Assembly: GCF_004010195.1 (NCBI RefSeq)
Contig: NC_057719.1
Coordinates: forward strand, 72,596,583-72,660,582
Origin: Chiloscyllium plagiosum
Taxonomy: Eukaryota
DNA length: 64,000 nt
Direction of reading: 5' to 3'
Under the pieces are notes generated by a model that was not told the DNA's origin, did not search any database, and saw only the letters and a program-made list of their open reading frames with translations. The position numbers and the translations under genes are program-made. Shown in pieces: positions 41,745 through 53,869 of this stretch (position 1 is its first letter; each line of letters starts with the position of its first letter).

Positions 41745-41784
41745 GTTAGTATGAAACACATGCAGTTTGAGTTATTATCATGCA
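41745..41784 (-). promoter_or_regulatory. Candidate intronic splicing element: two TGCATG plus TACTAAC
   Basis: Plus-strand catgca at 41779-41784 and 41759-41764, gttagta at 41745-41751; ~680 nt downstream of the exon 8 donor. Confidence 0.5.
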
Positions 41785-41999
41785 ACATTAGTTTTTATGT
41801 GCTGCATTTCAATTTTGTTCTAAAGTGATGGATTAGATTCCAAATCTGATACCCAAATCATTACATAATCCGATATGCAAAATTTTCACTATCGACTTTC
41901 AATGCTAATCTTTCAATCAATTTTTGTTTTCAGCCGATAGATTATTAATCTTTTGAATTTTTTTAAACACAATTTTAATTTTTTTTAAAACACAACCAT

Positions 42000-42100
42000 C
42001 TCACCTGAAGAGGAGCTGTATTCAACTCGAAATGCTAACTATTTCTCTCTCCACAGATGCTGCCAGACCTGCTGATGTTTTCAACATTTTGTTTATGTCT
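42000..42100 (+). mobile_element. PLE-derived fragment (family C) with hammerhead-like core
   Basis: ctgaaga-g-gagctg-tatt-caactc-gaaa followed by cagatgctgccagacctgctg. Confidence 0.6.
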
Positions 42101-42458
42101 CTTCAACTCGTTCTGCTTAGTTTAAAGATATATCACTGTCACTAAAGATTTGAGTCTCTCACCGGAGGATAAAAATTCTGAGAAGTGGCATTCCCTCGAT
42201 GACCCAACTACAGATATCTTAATACTTTCAAGCATGTTGCCAATACACATTCAGCACACAGCAAAGCCTCTAACCCCGATAATGAAAGAAATGTTGGTTG
42301 CACCCCTAATCTAATTTTTTTATTTAGACACACATGAAAAAAGTATTCAATAAACAGAAACAAAGCTGATGAAAGACAGATATTTAGAAAATAAAATAAA
42401 ATTGTGGTAAAGAAAATGCGAAAGTCACTCTACACAATTCAGAATTATCTGCACTTAC

Positions 42459-42569
42459 TCTTCACCCCTTTCTTGCCCTTCCGCTCCTTCTTGTATTGTT
42501 CCTTCAGTTTACTTATTAGTCCCTTGTCTACAGCCCAAACCTCCGAAGATGGGGAGAAGTCATCCTTGT
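42459..42569 (-). CDS. STRN3: Striatin-3 cassette exon (~exon 8, 111 nt)
   Basis: catgtag|AC AAG GAT...AAG A|gtaagt; (D)KDDFSPSSEVWAVDKGLISKLKEQYKKERKGKKGVK(R); symmetric phase 1-1. Confidence 0.96.
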
Positions 42570-43580
42570 CTACATGCAGCACATCATTGAAAAATCAGCA
42601 AATCGGAATGCAAGCAATCACTGCTGCTATTTCATGAAGGTTAGTGGTTGAATCATAGCCTTTAAAGAATTACTGAATAATTATGATGTAAGATTTTAAG
42701 ACATTTGTTATACAAACCATTTTGAACCAAGTTATGTTATGTTATTAAACTTGCGTTTAATGGGCAGTGCAAGCTTAAAAGTACAACAATTTCATGCCAT
42801 TGCATCCAAAACAATAAAGCACTTGACAGACGGTTTTTGGGAGTCTCTTTCCTTACAAGCAATAAATTGGACACAAAAAGCTTACATTGAAGGCTCGGCC
42901 TTCACCTGAACAAAATCAGCTTAAAAGAAAAAAATGTGAACCTCTTCAGACATACTTAACAGCCCCTTTATTTAAAAAAGGGACAAAACACAGAAATGAT
43001 TTGTTCCAATAGTAGAAAGTAGTCCAATTACCTAATTATTGGAATGTTTGCATAACTTAACAGAATACGTAGCAGTTCCAATACTGTACTGCATTTAATT
43101 ATAATTTTTCTATAAAACTATTCACTGTAGGATGATCTAAAAAATCTATGCAAAATGTATAACAATAGGCAGCAATTTCAGGACTACTCCTAGTGTGAGG
43201 TGCAAGTGAGAAATAGGAGGATTAGGCACTGAACGTGCGGCTGGTGTATGAGGGACAAATAATCGAATTTGAGGCACTGAGACTAGCTTTGGAGCAGGTG
43301 AAACCTGTAAAACGTGGACAAGCTACACCTTAGTAGGACAGGGATTAATATTTTACATTTTTGCTCGTGTGGATAGGGAGGGTTTGAAGTAAATCGGCAG
43401 GGAATGAGCGCCTGAAAGGAAGCTCAATTGGAGGGAAGCAAAACTTGGCAACAGAAAGTAGAAAAGCAAAGCAGTGAGCAAAATTAGACAGGAGATGAGA
43501 AGACCAGCATAAACTAGAAATCAAACATGGAACAGCAAACAGTACTGAAAGTTTACTGTTTTGTCATAATCTTCGTCACA

Positions 43581-44782
43581 CGGTAGATGTGATCTATATG
43601 GACTTCAGTAAGGTGTTCAACAAGGTTCCCCATGGGAGACTGGTTAGCAAGGTTAGGTTTCATGGTATACAGGGAGAACTAGCCTTCTAGATACAGAACT
43701 GGCTCAAAGGTAAAAGACAGAGGGTGGTGGGGTGGAGGGTTGTTTTTCAGACTGGAAGCCTGTGACCAGTGGAGTGCCACAAGGATCGGTGCTGGGTCCT
43801 TTACTTTTGGACATTTACATAAATGATTTCGATGCGAGCATAAGAGGTACAATTATAAGTTTGCAGATGACACCAAACTTGGAAGTGTAGTGGACAGTGA
43901 AGAGGGTTACCTCAGATTACAACGGGATCTGGACCAGATGGGCCAATGGGCTGAGAAATGGCAGATGAAGTTTAATTCAGATAAACACGAGGTGCTGCAT
44001 TTTGGTAAAACAAACCTTAGCAGAACTTATACACTTAATGGTAAGGTCCTAGGGAGTGTTGCTCAACAAAGAGACCTTGGAGTGCAGGTTCGTAGCTGCT
44101 TGAAAATGGAGTCACAGGTAGATAGGATAGTGAAGAAGGTGTGTGGTATGCTTTCTTTTATTGGTCAAGAGTATTGAGTACAGGAGTTGGGAGGTCATGT
44201 TGTGGCTGTACAGGACATTGGTTAGGCCATTGTAGGAATACTGCATGCAATTCTGGTCTCCTTCCTATCAGAAATATGTTGTGAAACTTGAAAGGGTTCA
44301 GAAAAAGTTTACAAGGATGTTGCCAGGGTTGGAGGATTTGAGCTATGGGGGAGGCTGAACAGGCTGGGGCTGTTTTCCCTGGAGCATCAGAGGCTGAGGG
44401 GTGATCTTATAGAGGTTTACAAAATTATGAGGGGCATGGATAGGATAAATAGACAAAGTCTTTTCCCTGGGGTCGGGTGTCCAGAACTAGAGGGCATAGA
44501 TTCAGGGTGAGAGGGGAAAGATATAAAAGAGACCTAAGGGGCAACTTTTTCACTTAGAGGATGGTACAGGTATGGGATGAGCTGCCAGAGAAGGTGGTGG
44601 AGGCTAGTACAATTGCAACATTTAAAAGGCATCTGGATGGGTATATGACTCGGAAAAGTTTGGAGGGATATGGGCCGGGTGCTGGCAGGTGGGACCAGAT
44701 TGGGTTGGGATATCTGGTCAGCATGGACGGGTTGGACCGAAGGGTCTGTTTCCATGCTGTACATCTCTATGACTCTATGTCT
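43581..44782 (+). mobile_element. Young 5'-truncated CR1 (HER1-like), RT C-terminal half
   Basis: [47 protein letters not shown]; ctatgactctatg tail; several frameshifts. Confidence 0.95.
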
Positions 44783-46451
44783 AAGTAGTCAGTTGAGGGT
44801 GAGGATGAAAAGGCTCTCCACAGTTAAGTTTTTTTGAAGGCAAAGTTGCATTATTATTCAAGTGATTTAAGCTGTTACAGAGAATAAAGGTGATGCGTAT
44901 ACCCGCTACCTTATGTTTCTATTACTAAGTCTATGCTTTTACACTGATTATATGGACCTCTTGATTAACCAGAATATTTGATCAACTGGCACAATCCTGA
45001 TGCCATAGGTGTCAGATGATAAAAAGCTTTCTGTATAATGTTAAAAAGGGCAAAGCTTGAACTTTTTGTGAATGCAATTCATTACAGCAAATAGTCAATT
45101 TAAAAGGTATAGATTAGAGGAGTAAATGGATTAGATTTAATTGTCATTATCGAGATGTGGTTACAGGGCGGCCAGGACTCAGAACTGAATATTCAGAGAA
45201 TCCGTCACATCGGAAGGATAGGTGGAGGGGAAAGAAAAGTGGAGTAGCATCTTCAACGGAGTACAATCAGTACATTAGCATTAGAGAATCTTAGATTTAA
45301 GGATGTAGTATCATTTTGGATAGAGCAAAGGGCAGCAAATGCTAGTGGGAGACAAGTGTAGGCCACCGAACTGTAGTGGTCATGTTAGACCATAGAATAA
45401 ATCAGGATATTAGAGGTATAAATTGGGGTATTAGAACAGTTTGTAGTATGTATAGTACAGTAATAATGGAGACTTCAATTCAATATTGGTAAACTTAATT
45501 AGCCATAACACTGTGAAGGATGTGTTTCTGGAGTTTGTACAAGATGGGTTTCCGGACCAGTGTATTGAGGAACCAAATAAAAAATTAGCTATTTTAGATT
45601 GAGCATTCTGTAGAAATGACAAATTAATAATTTTGCCATGAAGGGACTATTTGGAAGTAGTGACCATAATATGATACAAGCTTCTGATACTAGTGTCCAA
45701 GTCTGAACAAAGATATCAATGAAAGTATGACAGGCAAATTGGCTATGGTAGTTTAGGAAAATATATTAAAATATTTATTGTTAGACAGACAATGGTTAGT
45801 ATTTAAAGTCATTATATGGTCTGCAACAATTATGCATGCCTCTCAAACAAAAACAAGTGAGTCAACAGTGGATAAGAAAAGTTAAGTATTGCATTGGATC
45901 AAGGCTGTGCCTTATAAGGTTGCCAGAGAAGTGGTAAGCCTGAGGATGTTGAGCAATTTAGAATAATCAAGTCTGATAAAGGGAAGAGAGAATATGAATT
46001 CAAGCTAATGACTGACAAAGGAAAAATTAAAAGTTTACATCGATATGTGAAAAGGAAAAGATTAGCAAGGACAAATATGGGTTCATTAGAGCAGATACAG
46101 AAGAATGTATATTGGAGAAAAGGGAAATGGTGGAGAAGTTCACACCCAGGTCACAAAGCAAAATTAAAATACATGGGATGGTGGGCGGGTGGGGTGTTGG
46201 TGGTAAAATACTGGTGTAGATTGAGAATTGGTTAAGACAGAAAACAGAGTTGGAATAAACAGTTCATTCTTGAGATGGCAGGCAGCCAATAATAGAGTAT
46301 CCATGCATCTGTGCTTAGATCACAGTTGTTCATAATCTAGAAAATGATTTGAACCTAGGGACCAAACATCACCTCAAAATTTGATGATGAAACAAAACTA
46401 GGTGGGATCGTGAGCTATGAAGGGGATATAAAAAGGCTTAAGTGTACTTAG

Positions 46452-46670
46452 TTAAAAATCACACAACACCAGGTTATAGTCCAACAGGTTTAATTGGAAG
46501 CACACTAGCTTTCGGAGCGATGCTCCTTCATCAGGTTGGGACAATCACCTGATGAAGGAGCGTCGCTCCGAAAGCTAGTGTACTTCCAATTAAACCTGTT
46601 GGACTATAACCTGGTGTTGTGTGATTTTTAACTTTGTACACCCCAATCCAACACCAGCATCTCCGAATCA
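46452..46670. mobile_element. Palindromic PLE-derived MITE (family B) with hammerhead cores on both strands, 13-bp TSD
   Basis: Arms 46450-46535 / 46547-46632 are near-perfect inverted repeats; taagtgtacttag at 46439-46451 and 46671-46683. Confidence 0.9.
46546..46580 (+). ncRNA. Minimal hammerhead ribozyme motif (mirror copy on minus strand at 46503-46537)
   Basis: CAC-CTGATGA-A-GGAGC-GTC-GCTCC-GAAA-G-CTA-GTG; palindromic AGCT in place of stem III. Confidence 0.75.
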
Positions 46671-47556
46671 TAAGTGTACTTAGATATCCAAACAAATGGA
46701 CAAGAACATGGCAGATGGAATATAATGTGTATAACTATGAGGTAACCCATTTTGGTAAAAACAGGAAGGTAGAGTATTTCTTAAATAAAGGGGTTGGAAA
46801 CTGTTGATGTCCAAAATGGCAAGGGGGGGGGGGGGTCTGAGCTCATAAGTCACAAGAAATGAACATGCAGATGCAGCATTACAGAAGGTATACTGACCAT
46901 CACTGCAAGGGAATTTTGAGAACAGGAGTGAAGATGTCCTACTACATTTGTAGAGAGATTTGATGTGACCACACCTGGAGTATTGTGGACAATTTAAGTC
47001 TCCTTATCTAAGGAAGAATGGACTTACCATACAAGGAGTGTAATGTAGGTTTACCAGACTAATCACCGGAATGACAGGGTTATCTTGTAAGGAAAGATCA
47101 AAGAGACTCGGCCAATATTCTCCACAATGTCAAAATAGAAAAGTGATTGTACTGAAACTCCAAAATTCTTATAGGGCATGCCTAGGTAGAAACATTTAAA
47201 ACATTTCCCCTGGTTGGTAAATCTAAAATGAGCGGATAAAACGTCAGAATCGGGGCAGGCCATTTAAAATTGAGATGAGGAGCAATATTTTCACTTAGAG
47301 GCTGGTGAATCTTTAGAATTCTTTACCCAGAGTGCTGTGGATGTACATCACTGAGAATCAACAGATTTCTGAACACTAACGATATCAAGATATATGGAGA
47401 TAGTGGGCAAAAACAGAGTGAAGCTAAATGATCAGCCGTGATTTGTTTGAATGGTGGAACAAGCTCTATAGGTTAAATGGCCTACTCCTGCTCCCAATTC
47501 CTTTGTTCCTATAATAAGATCTTATAGAATTAGAATGAATCATAGAATCACCTTAA

Positions 47557-47880
47557 GGTGGCAAGGTGGTTCAGTGGTTAGCACTATTGCCTCCTAACAC
47601 CAGGGACCCAGACTTGATTCCAGTCTTGGTCAACTATCTATGTGGAATTTGTATGTTTCCCCGCGCCTGCGTGAGTTTTCTCTGGTTTCCTCCAACAATT
47701 CAAAGATGTGCAGATTAGGTGGATAAGCCACACTAAGTAGCCCCAGTGTTCAGGGTTGTGCAGATTTGATGGGTTGGCCATGGTAAATGCAGGGTTACAG
47801 GGATAGAGTGGGATGGTCTTCAGTGAGACAGTGCAGACTGGATGGGCCAAATGGCCTGTACCTGTACTGTAAGAATTCTA
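47557..47880 (+). mobile_element. HE1-like V-SINE
   Basis: ggtggcaaggtggttcagtggttagcact...ggtttcctcc...aaagatgtgcagattagg...ctgtaagaattcta. Confidence 0.85.
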
Positions 47881-48259
47881 CAATGCTATTCTATGGTTCG
47901 AGAATATGGGCAAACTAAATGAAACCATAAAATCGATTGGTGGACTGTACTGCCACTAAGAGATCATTCCTCTTGGCAGGCTTTCTAGTGTAAGGCCTGA
48001 AGTTCCCTTCTATTCTGTATTTTCTTTTTGATGTCTTATAGCCCCCATAACCTTAGATAAACCTACCTTAAATTGTTTCTTTGTGAATCCTAAGTCAGAT
48101 AACAAGAGAACATTAGAGATCTAGAGAAATGGAAAGAGATGGAGGATATATGAAAGAACACCTTTGGGCACTTCCAAAAGGATTTAATTCTTCCTAATCT
48201 TTAGTCTTTCTAAGGCAAATCATTCAGCTTTCTCATCATTGACTCCAATATCTATGATA

Positions 48260-49220
48260 GGGAAATAGTATTACAAGTTTTCTTGAGGATGTAACTCACA
48301 AGATAGATAAAGGAGAACCAATGGACTGATTACATTTTGGTTTTCTAAAGAGATCTGATAAGGTGTCATAGAATAGGCTTTTACACAAAATAAAGGGCTC
48401 TCAGTATTGAGGATTGGTTAATGGCAAGAAAACAGGAATAAATCATTCATTTTTGGCATGGAGGGATTCAACTGATTCAAGGATCAGAGCTTGAGCTTCA
48501 CCTATTTATAATTAATATCAATAAATTAGACTGAGATCAAATGAAATAGTCCAAGTATTCGGACAATACAAAGCTTGGTGGGAAAATAATTGGCAAGGAG
48601 GATACAAGTAAGTTACAAAGGTAGATAGGTGGATTGGCAAGGTAGCAGATGGAATAGAATGTGGGAAATGGTGATTTTTTTCCCCCACTTTGGTAGCAAT
48701 AAAAGAGCAATTTTTTTTTTTAAAAAAAGAACAGGTAACATATGTTGCTCTCTGGAGGGTTTTCAGTGTCCATGTATATCAATCACAAAGTTAGCATGCA
48801 GTTACAGCAAACAATTAAGGCAGCAATTATTGCACAAGAACTACAAAACAGCAAGGAGATGTTAGTGTAAATTACTTGCAACTTCAGCAGACCACACCAA
48901 GACGGATGGAGTATTAATTTGGTTTAGTCTACATTTAAAACTCTTACAGGAGGAGTGAAATAGATGCTCTGCAGTTGCTTTCCCTTGCTAAAGAGTCCCA
49001 AACCGGAGGTTAAAAGTTTCAAGAAATTGACCAGTTTGGACTGAGGTAACAATTTTTTTTTCCCACATTAGGGATTATGGAATCTTAGGATCTTATGAAT
49101 GAATCTTGAAGGATTTTTGGATGTTGAATCAAGAGATACATGGATAGGGTAGAAAAGCGAATTTGATGTACATGTTCAGCCATGAACGTCTGAATGGCAT
49201 ACTCCTGCTCATATTTCTTA
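48260..49220 (+). mobile_element. Old degenerate CR1 RT/3' remnant
   Basis: F-EDV---DKGEP-D, D-TKLGG, WQ-EW remnants; actcctgctc tail. Confidence 0.6.
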
Positions 49221-49655
49221 TATCAAGTTGCCTTGGTGTGAGCTGCCAATTCAGTTAAGTCCCCTAATTGAAACTGCTTTGTGCTTCAACAAATATGTTC
49301 TTAGCTGATTCGGCTGTAGTAAGGGAAGACTATAATTAACAATGGAGTGTGAAAGGAGGAAATAAACCTACCAAATTATAAGTGTAACACAGGAAATAAA
49401 TGTCAAAAATGAAGGTAATTTATTATAAAGAAATTTGTTTTAATATGGAGATCTATCCATGGGGGACTTAAAATTTCAATATCTATTACAATAAAAAAAA
49501 GGTAATAATCTTCGTATTTCCAGTCCAACAGTACTGGTGGATATGGGCAATTAAGGGTTTTCCAAGTATAAAGCTAATCACAGCCTTCTCAATACTGCAG
49601 GTCCAGATAAGTAGAAAAGCTAATAAGATAAGAACACATAGCAACAATTCATTGT

Positions 49656-50031
49656 TGTTGTGGTTCTGTTCGCCGAGCTGGAAATTTTTTGTTGCAAATG
49701 TTTCATCCCCTGTCTAGGGCAAGCCAAACAAAGAACAGCCAGGGAATTCCGAGAAGCATGGCACTCATCCACAAACTCCATCAACAAACACATCGACCTG
49801 GACCCAATATACCGGCCACTACAGCGGACAGCTGAAACTGACAACTGGAAGCGGCAGGGACAGGCCACTATAAATGCCGGAGGAAACACCACAGAAGCGC
49901 TTCACAGGAGCTCCCAAGCACCGAGGATGTCACCTAGACAGGGGACGAAACGTTTGCAACAAAAATTTCCAGCTCGGCGAACAGAACCACAACAACGAGC
50001 ACCCGAGCTACAAATCTTCACCCAAACTTTG
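49656..50031 (+). mobile_element. Truncated Penelope-like element with inverted 5' arm and 13-bp TSD
   Basis: GQAKQRTAREF-EAWHSSTNSINKHIDLDPIY (same family as 15010-16155); aacaattcattgt at 49643-49655 and 50032-50044; core mutated (CCGAGGA). Confidence 0.92.
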
Positions 50032-50199
50032 AACAATTCATTGTATCAGCAGTCATTTGAATATTTGAATGAGTTAGAATAATCAAAGTAAAACTGAATA
50101 TTTAAATATTCTAAGTATTTTAAATATTTAAAATATTCTAGATCATCACTTGGTTTAAAAATTAGTTTTAAAATTATATTACACTTCAATTTTTAAAAA

Positions 50200-50720
50200 T
50201 TTATTCACAACAGCATTTATTGCCTAACTTTAATTGCCCAGAAGGCAGTTAAGGAGAAAGTGAGGTCTGCAGATGCTGGAGATCAGAGCTGAAAATGTGT
50301 TGCTGGAAAAGCGCAGCAGGTCAGGCAGCATCCAGAGAACAGGATATTCGACGTTTCGGGCATAAGCCCTTCTTCGATTCTCCTGTTCCCTGGATGCTGC
50401 CTGACCTGCTGCGCTTTTCCAGCAACACATTTTCAGAAGGCAGTTAAGTCAACTCACAAGACTGTGGACCTGGAGTCACATGTCGGCCAAACCAGAGAAG
50501 GATGGCAGTTTCCTTCCCTGAATCGAATGAGTGAACCAGGTGGGTTTTGTAGACATTGACAATGTTTTCATGGTCATCATTAAACTCTTAATTCCAGATT
50601 TCAACAGAATTCAAATTCCACCATTTGCCATGGTGGGATTTGAACCTGGGCCCCCAGAACATTCACTGGGTTTCTGGATTAATAGTCTAGCAATAATACC
50701 ACTAGGCCATCTCCCCTCCC
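50200..50720 (-). mobile_element. tRNA-derived SINE interrupted by a family A palindrome
   Basis: Minus strand gggagatggcctagtggtatt...ggttcaaatccc; tail aataaatgctg. Confidence 0.8.
50254..50433. mobile_element. Palindromic PLE-derived MITE (family A), 15-bp TSD
   Basis: cagaaggcagttaag at 50239-50253 and 50434-50448; inverted arms; hammerhead core clipped at the fold-back junction. Confidence 0.88.
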
Positions 50721-52286
50721 CAACTTGATCATTCACCGCCACCACATGTTTTAGATAGACAATTCATTGTGAAGGAAGATCAATTTTTTTTTGAAAAGAA
50801 TAAAACCACAAGTCTAGGCTTATCTTCTATTTTATAACATTGCTATATAATTCTGCCCTAAGATAATTTAGTTTGTTAATATTCCAATCTACATTTTAAC
50901 AAAGCAGCTTCAATAACTTATATATTAGAACTATGCTGATTATTTTTATATCATCAGATTTAGTGCTGGAGGCAAATTTTAAGTAGGGAAAAAGCATTAC
51001 AGGGTTTTAATGCCATGCTAGAAATGCACAGGGAAGACATGCAAAATGACATTCATAGGTCAAGGCTTGACATTACCACATGCTGCTTTATATTAACTTG
51101 CAGCACAAACTGACAAGTATTCACTATTTCTTTTCTACCAATACAATTATACACCAATCCAATCAGGTGAAATTATTTTGAGAAATGCTTTTTAGGAGAT
51201 GGGCTTGGCCGCAAAATGCTCACTTTTAGTTATTCTTCAGATGAGGTTTATGTGGCAAAGGTGATCTCAAACCAGTATTGAAAATCATACAAGATTAGTT
51301 CAACTACAGTGATACCTGGCCAGCAACAGAGCTACGTGATTTGGAAACTTGGGAGTTGATGCTACTTCCAAGCCCTTTCAATCGAGGTTGCAGGCTTGGA
51401 AGGTGACAATGAAGCCTTGGCAAGTAGTTACAGTACAACCTGAAGATACTGCACACTGCAGCCATGTGGGCCAATGAATGGAGCAGGTGAATGTCTGGAC
51501 TAGTAAACGAATTGCCAGTCCAGCAGATTGTTTTGCCCACCTTGGTGGTGTCAATCTTCTTGAGTACTGTTTTAGCTGCAAGTATTTGGGTCAATGGAGA
51601 TAATTCCAACACATTCCTTAATAGTGCCAAACAGGTGCTGGAGACATTTTAGATTTTTGGTTTCTGATCAGTGGGGACTACCCCATATTTTCAAACCAGG
51701 ATTTTTGATGGTGAAGGCCTGTGTACTAATTATTGAAGTAATGAGTGCTTAGACTCCCTTGTTTTACAGATTCACCAATTGGTATTCTTGTGATACAAAT
51801 TTTCCTTGCAAAACAAACCTGCATGTTGTCCATATTTTCCTGCATGTGAGCAGAGTGCTTCATGGGGAACTGAAAATGGAGCTAAATGTGATATCAGTGA
51901 AAAAGCTGACTTTTGATCTAGAGGGAAGATCATTAATCAAACTGAAGATATTTGGGACTATGATAGAAGGTTTAGAAATATTATAAATGTTGAGCCCTCA
52001 GTCAACAATCTCACCTTATAGATTTAAAAAAAAAATTACTTGAAGAAATACAAAGAATTGTAAAGCTGGAACTGTGCATTTCAAGCTGACACAACCAAAA
52101 TCCTTGATCACATCAAATATACAAGGTATTACATTAAAATAACTCTGAAGATCAATGTTTTCCTGTACTGTAAAGTTGTCAGCGGAAGCATTAGAATTCA
52201 GACAAATAGCAATAAATTCTGTACCATGAGTGAAAAATGGAATTGTTTTAAATATGATTCATCAACAGCTTTAATTATTTTCTTAC

Positions 52287-52422
52287 CCCATTCTGTTCCA
52301 TCCCCAGAGCTCCTAGCTTCCCCAGCTCCTTCGCCATCTTCAGCTGTCACTAAAAAATCAAATTCTTTCAAAGCTTCTTCAGTATCATCAGGCAAGTCAG
52401 TAGCTAATCCCTCATTACCGAT
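52287..52422 (-). CDS. STRN3: Striatin-3 coding exon (~exon 7, 136 nt)
   Basis: ttttag|ATC GGT...TGG G|gtaaga; IGNEGLATDLPDDTEEALKEFDFLVTAEDGEGAGEARSSGDGTEW; phase 0 to 1. Confidence 0.97.
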
Positions 52423-52829
52423 CTAAAATCAAAAGATATTGATTTTTTAGAAACACCACAGCAGCCAATTCAGAAAACCTAATTTTTAAAAAATACTGCA
52501 AGCTGATACAGTTTAAGTATTTAAACTGGCATCATTGACACGCATTGTGCGTTTCATTGTGAATCTGAAAGGTTTCTAACATCTTTTAAGATTTCAATCA
52601 AGAAAACAAACCTTGCATAAATTCAATTAAGCATGCTGTAGATAAATAGATTTGAGAACTAAAACTCAGGTAAGGATGATGATTTGGACAGTGCTCAAAA
52701 AGATGGAGTAACAACAGGGATATTATTGATCAGATTACTGCTCATTTTTTGTCTATTTTGATTGGTCTCTGACTGGACTATTGCTGTGAGAAATGATTAT
52801 TAAATCACAACATCAGAACTCCTTCTTGT

Positions 52830-53025
52830 AAAAACTCAACAGGTCTGTCAGCCTCTGTGGAGAGAGATCAGAGTTAACATTTTGGGTCCAGTGATTCTTC
52901 AGAACACTTCAGAAGGGTCACTGGACCTGAAACATTAACTCTGCTTTCGCTCATGCTGCCAGACCTGCTGAGATTTTGCAGCAATTTCTGTCTTTGTTTC
53001 TGATTTCAAGCATCCACAGTTCTGT
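52830..53025. mobile_element. Fold-back PLE-derived element (family C)
   Basis: cagagttaacattttgggtccagtga / tcactggacctgaaacattaactctg inverted arms. Confidence 0.75.
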
Positions 53026-53254
53026 TTTTTGCATAATATCTTTTTGACTTGAATTTGCTATTAATGCTTTCTATTGTGCAGATCCTCCGGCAATGTTGAA
53101 ATTTAATTATTTATACTTCTGTCTTAATGATAAATAAAATATCGCTACAACAGAAAGTTTTACTATTGCTTGCTGTCTCCCATAAAGTTTCTATATTTTT
53201 AAGAGGTCGCACAAAGTCTCTCGAAAACATTGGTAAATAGATTTAAAGATTTAC

Positions 53255-53420
53255 TTTGTGTTTCTTGTTTATTCTAAGCTTTTCTTTGCTGTCCGTGATG
53301 TCCTCCACCATTTCACCTTCCTCTTCATCATCATCACTATCATCATCTGTATTTTCTAGGAAGTTAAATGTTTCAAGAACAGCTTCAGCTAGGCCTCCCC
53401 TTGGCTTATCGCCTGCATTC
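53255..53420 (-). CDS. STRN3: Striatin-3 coding exon (~exon 6, 166 nt), acidic linker
   Basis: acatag|G AAT GCA...CAC AAA|gtaaat; NAGDKPRGGLAEAVLETFNFLENTDDDSDDDEEEGEMVEDITDSKEKLRINKKHK; phase 2 to 0. Confidence 0.93.
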
Positions 53421-53869
53421 CTATGTTCAGAAGAGAGCAGGAGAAAAACTTATTAGTAATATCCAGTAACAGCATCTATATATTTTTAAATCTCTTTGCA
53501 CCAAACTGAAAGTTTGCATTACAGTCCTGGAACTGACTGATGTGAAAGCTGCTGACTAAAATGCTGATAGATATCTAGTTTTTTCTGAAGTAGTTTAACC
53601 CTCTTATCAACTTTTTAATCTCCTCTTCCAAATCTTACACATTCAAAAGGCAGGAGCCAGGCATCTCCACAATTATATATTACTTGTAGATCTCTGGATT
53701 TAATAGCAGAAATTTCCTTAAGAAAAATTAAATTTGAACACAAGTCAAAACAACAATCTCAATCTGACAAAGTCTTTTGATTGAGAACACGCCAAGTACC
53801 TTGAATCCATTTTGCAGTTAAGTTGAAACCTACATTCCAATGATATTAGCTGTTGATCTACAAGGAACT

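Larger units (their letters stand above)
43200..47515 (+). mobile_element. Old degenerate CR1, host to a younger CR1 and a PLE palindrome
   Basis: Endonuclease (I-E-WLQ, GDFN, V-EP--LD), RT (FDDETKLGG), HLEYC-QF-SPYLRK remnants and ctcctgctcc..ttcct tail. Confidence 0.75.

Noticed and set aside
43890..44788. RT-like ORFs as a domesticated gene or retron-like system
   Set aside because: Ordinary frameshifted CR1 fragments with the standard 3' tail
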